DNA of 32,000 nucleotides from Ureaplasma parvum serovar 3 str. ATCC 27815 (GTDB lineage Bacteria; Bacillota_I; Bacilli_A; Mycoplasmatales; Mycoplasmoidaceae): NCBI RefSeq assembly GCF_000019345.1, contig NC_010503.1, positions 270,001 to 302,000 of the forward strand, read 5' to 3'. Shown piece by piece: positions 30,748 to 32,000 of this stretch (position 1 is its first letter; each line of letters starts with the position of its first letter). The notes under the pieces were generated by a model. It saw only the letters and a program-made list of their open reading frames with translations, ran no database searches and was not told where the DNA came from. The position numbers and the translations under genes were made by a program.

Positions 30748-31077
30748 ATGAATTTTTCAAGTTTTATATTTAAAGTTTCTGATGTTTTTAAATCAGTTAT
30801 TCATGAAGCTTCAGATGTTGTTACTAAAGCAGATTTAGATAATGCTAATGCACATACACATTCATTAGCAGTTGGCTTAGGTATTGGAATTGTTTTATTT
30901 TTAATCGCAGGACTTATTATCGGTTATTTTATTTCGATGAAAATTATGAAACGCCAATTGAAGAAGAATCCACCAATTTCAAAGGATACAATTCGTATGA
31001 TTTATCAACAAGTAGGACGTAAGCCAAGTGAGTCACAAATTAATGAGATTTATAATCGGGCAGTAAAACAAAAATAA
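30748..31077 (+). CDS. UPF0154 (YneF-like) small membrane protein with an N-terminal extension
   Basis: A single TM helix (LAVGLGIGIVLFLIAGLIIGYFI) is followed by MKRQLKKNPPISKDTIRMIYQQVGRKPSESQINEI, characteristic of the YneF family. Confidence 0.75.
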   Translation: MNFSSFIFKVSDVFKSVIHEASDVVTKADLDNANAHTHSLAVGLGIGIVLFLIAGLIIGYFISMKIMKRQLKKNPPISKDTIRMIYQQVGRKPSESQINEIYNRAVKQK

Positions 31078-31081
31078 ATAT

Positions 31082-31708
31082 ATGGCAAAATTTATTAAAT
31101 CTGCACACTATTTTGACCAATATCCAATTGATAAGCAGTTTGAAATATGTGTAATTGGTAGATCAAATGTCGGTAAGTCAAGTTTAATTAATGCATTAGC
31201 AAATAAAAAAATTGCAAGGACTTCAAATACGCCTGGAAGAACACAGTTAGTAAATTTTTTTGATTTCAATAATTTTAGATTGGTTGATTTACCGGGATAT
31301 GGGTTTGCAAAAGTTAGTAAAGAAAAACAAACGGATTTAGCAGCCATTATTGATCAATATTTAGGGTATCGCCAAAACTTGTGTGCTGTTTTTCAAATTT
31401 GCGATATTAACGTATTAACAAATGATGATGTAGAAATGAGTCGATATTTTGAGAATCAAAAATACGCTCATTTTGTTGTTTTAAATAAATTAGATAAAGT
31501 TAATAAATCATATTTTAATAATAACAAGCATAAAATAGCTAAATTTTTAAATATTAGCACCGATCGTTTATTATGTGTTTCTGCACAAAATAATATAAAT
31601 ATTATCACATTATTTGCGTTAATGAAAAAAGTTGTAATCCAAGCAAAACAAGAAAAAATACTTTCAAAAAAAGAGGAGAAGATGAGTAGTGAAGAAGAAA
31701 TTAAGTAA
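31082..31708 (+). CDS. engB: Ribosome biogenesis GTPase EngB/YsxC
   Basis: GRSNVGKSSLINAL (G1), TPGRTQ (G2), DLPGYG (G3) and LNKLDK (G4). Confidence 0.92.
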   Translation: MAKFIKSAHYFDQYPIDKQFEICVIGRSNVGKSSLINALANKKIARTSNTPGRTQLVNFFDFNNFRLVDLPGYGFAKVSKEKQTDLAAIIDQYLGYRQNLCAVFQICDINVLTNDDVEMSRYFENQKYAHFVVLNKLDKVNKSYFNNNKHKIAKFLNISTDRLLCVSAQNNINIITLFALMKKVVIQAKQEKILSKKEEKMSSEEEIK

Positions 31709-32000
31709 GAAGTATTCATTCAAAGAGGTTGAAGCTAATAAATTATTGTTTTGACAAGAAAATAATTTATTTAAAGCTCAAATAAATAGTACAAAAAAAC
31801 CTTTCACAATTGTTTTGCCCCCTCCTAATGTTACAGGTCATTTACATATTGGACATGCCTATGATTTTACCTTATCTGATATTTTAATGCGTTATAAGAA
31901 ACTAAAAGGATATGATTCCTTTATTATTCCTGGGACAGACCATGCAGGGATCGCAACACAGACAAAATTTGAAAAAAATTTAAAAGTAAACGCACAAACC
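31689..32000 (+). CDS. valS: Valyl-tRNA synthetase, 5' part (runs off the window)
   Basis: ...[18 protein letters not shown]...[54 protein letters not shown] (HIGH motif). The likely start is GTG 31689, giving [15 protein letters not shown] and overlapping the engB end by 20 nt. The start assignment is tentative. Confidence 0.85.

Noticed and set aside
1-32000. ORF-track ends at TGA taken as gene ends, which would imply many truncated ribosomal protein genes or pseudogenes
   Set aside because: TGA falls at conserved Trp positions, and the frames continue into the expected conserved C-termini. This is genetic code 4, not gene decay. The only break needing a true frameshift is at 2154-2161.

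Overview
Very AT-rich Mollicutes-type chromosome segment (Mycoplasma/Ureaplasma-like; I cannot name the species). It is read with genetic code 4. TGA falls at conserved Trp positions (L2 PRTPWGK, S14 C-terminal KASW, S8 C-terminal YVW, L16 GAWIDARQ), so the standard-code ORF track splits most genes, and I re-joined the fragments by hand. The core (4443-21125, + strand) is the infC-rpmI-rplT operon followed by an uninterrupted S10-spc-alpha superoperon: rpsJ through rplO, then secY, adk, map, infA, rpmJ, rpsM, rpsK, rpoA and rplQ. There is no rpmD. The flanks are accessory. On the left are three lipoprotein genes (one BMP-family) and a frameshifted small membrane protein gene. On the right are a tandem pair of paralogous surface protein genes, a small TM protein gene overlapping a YigZ/IMPACT gene, a convergent 594-aa helical lipoprotein gene, a 994-aa P-type ATPase gene, a UPF0154 gene, engB and the start of valS. 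No rRNA, tRNA, CRISPR array, IS element or recombinase was seen. The most notable observations are: (1) rplV encodes L22 fused through a Lys/Glu-rich linker to a C-terminal ASCH/PUA-like domain; (2) two lipoprotein genes carry (TA)n tracts in or next to their promoters, one lying exactly between consensus -35 and -10 hexamers 15 bp apart, which resembles Vmm-type phase variation; (3) both genes of the paralogous surface pair have composite T(n)A(n) homopolymer tracts at their 5' ends; (4) those two proteins share a thrice-repeated N-W-aromatic-aromatic-x-x-x-N-L-K module; (5) the infC leader contains a terminator-like hairpin. All family calls come from motif recognition by eye. No searches or computations were run.
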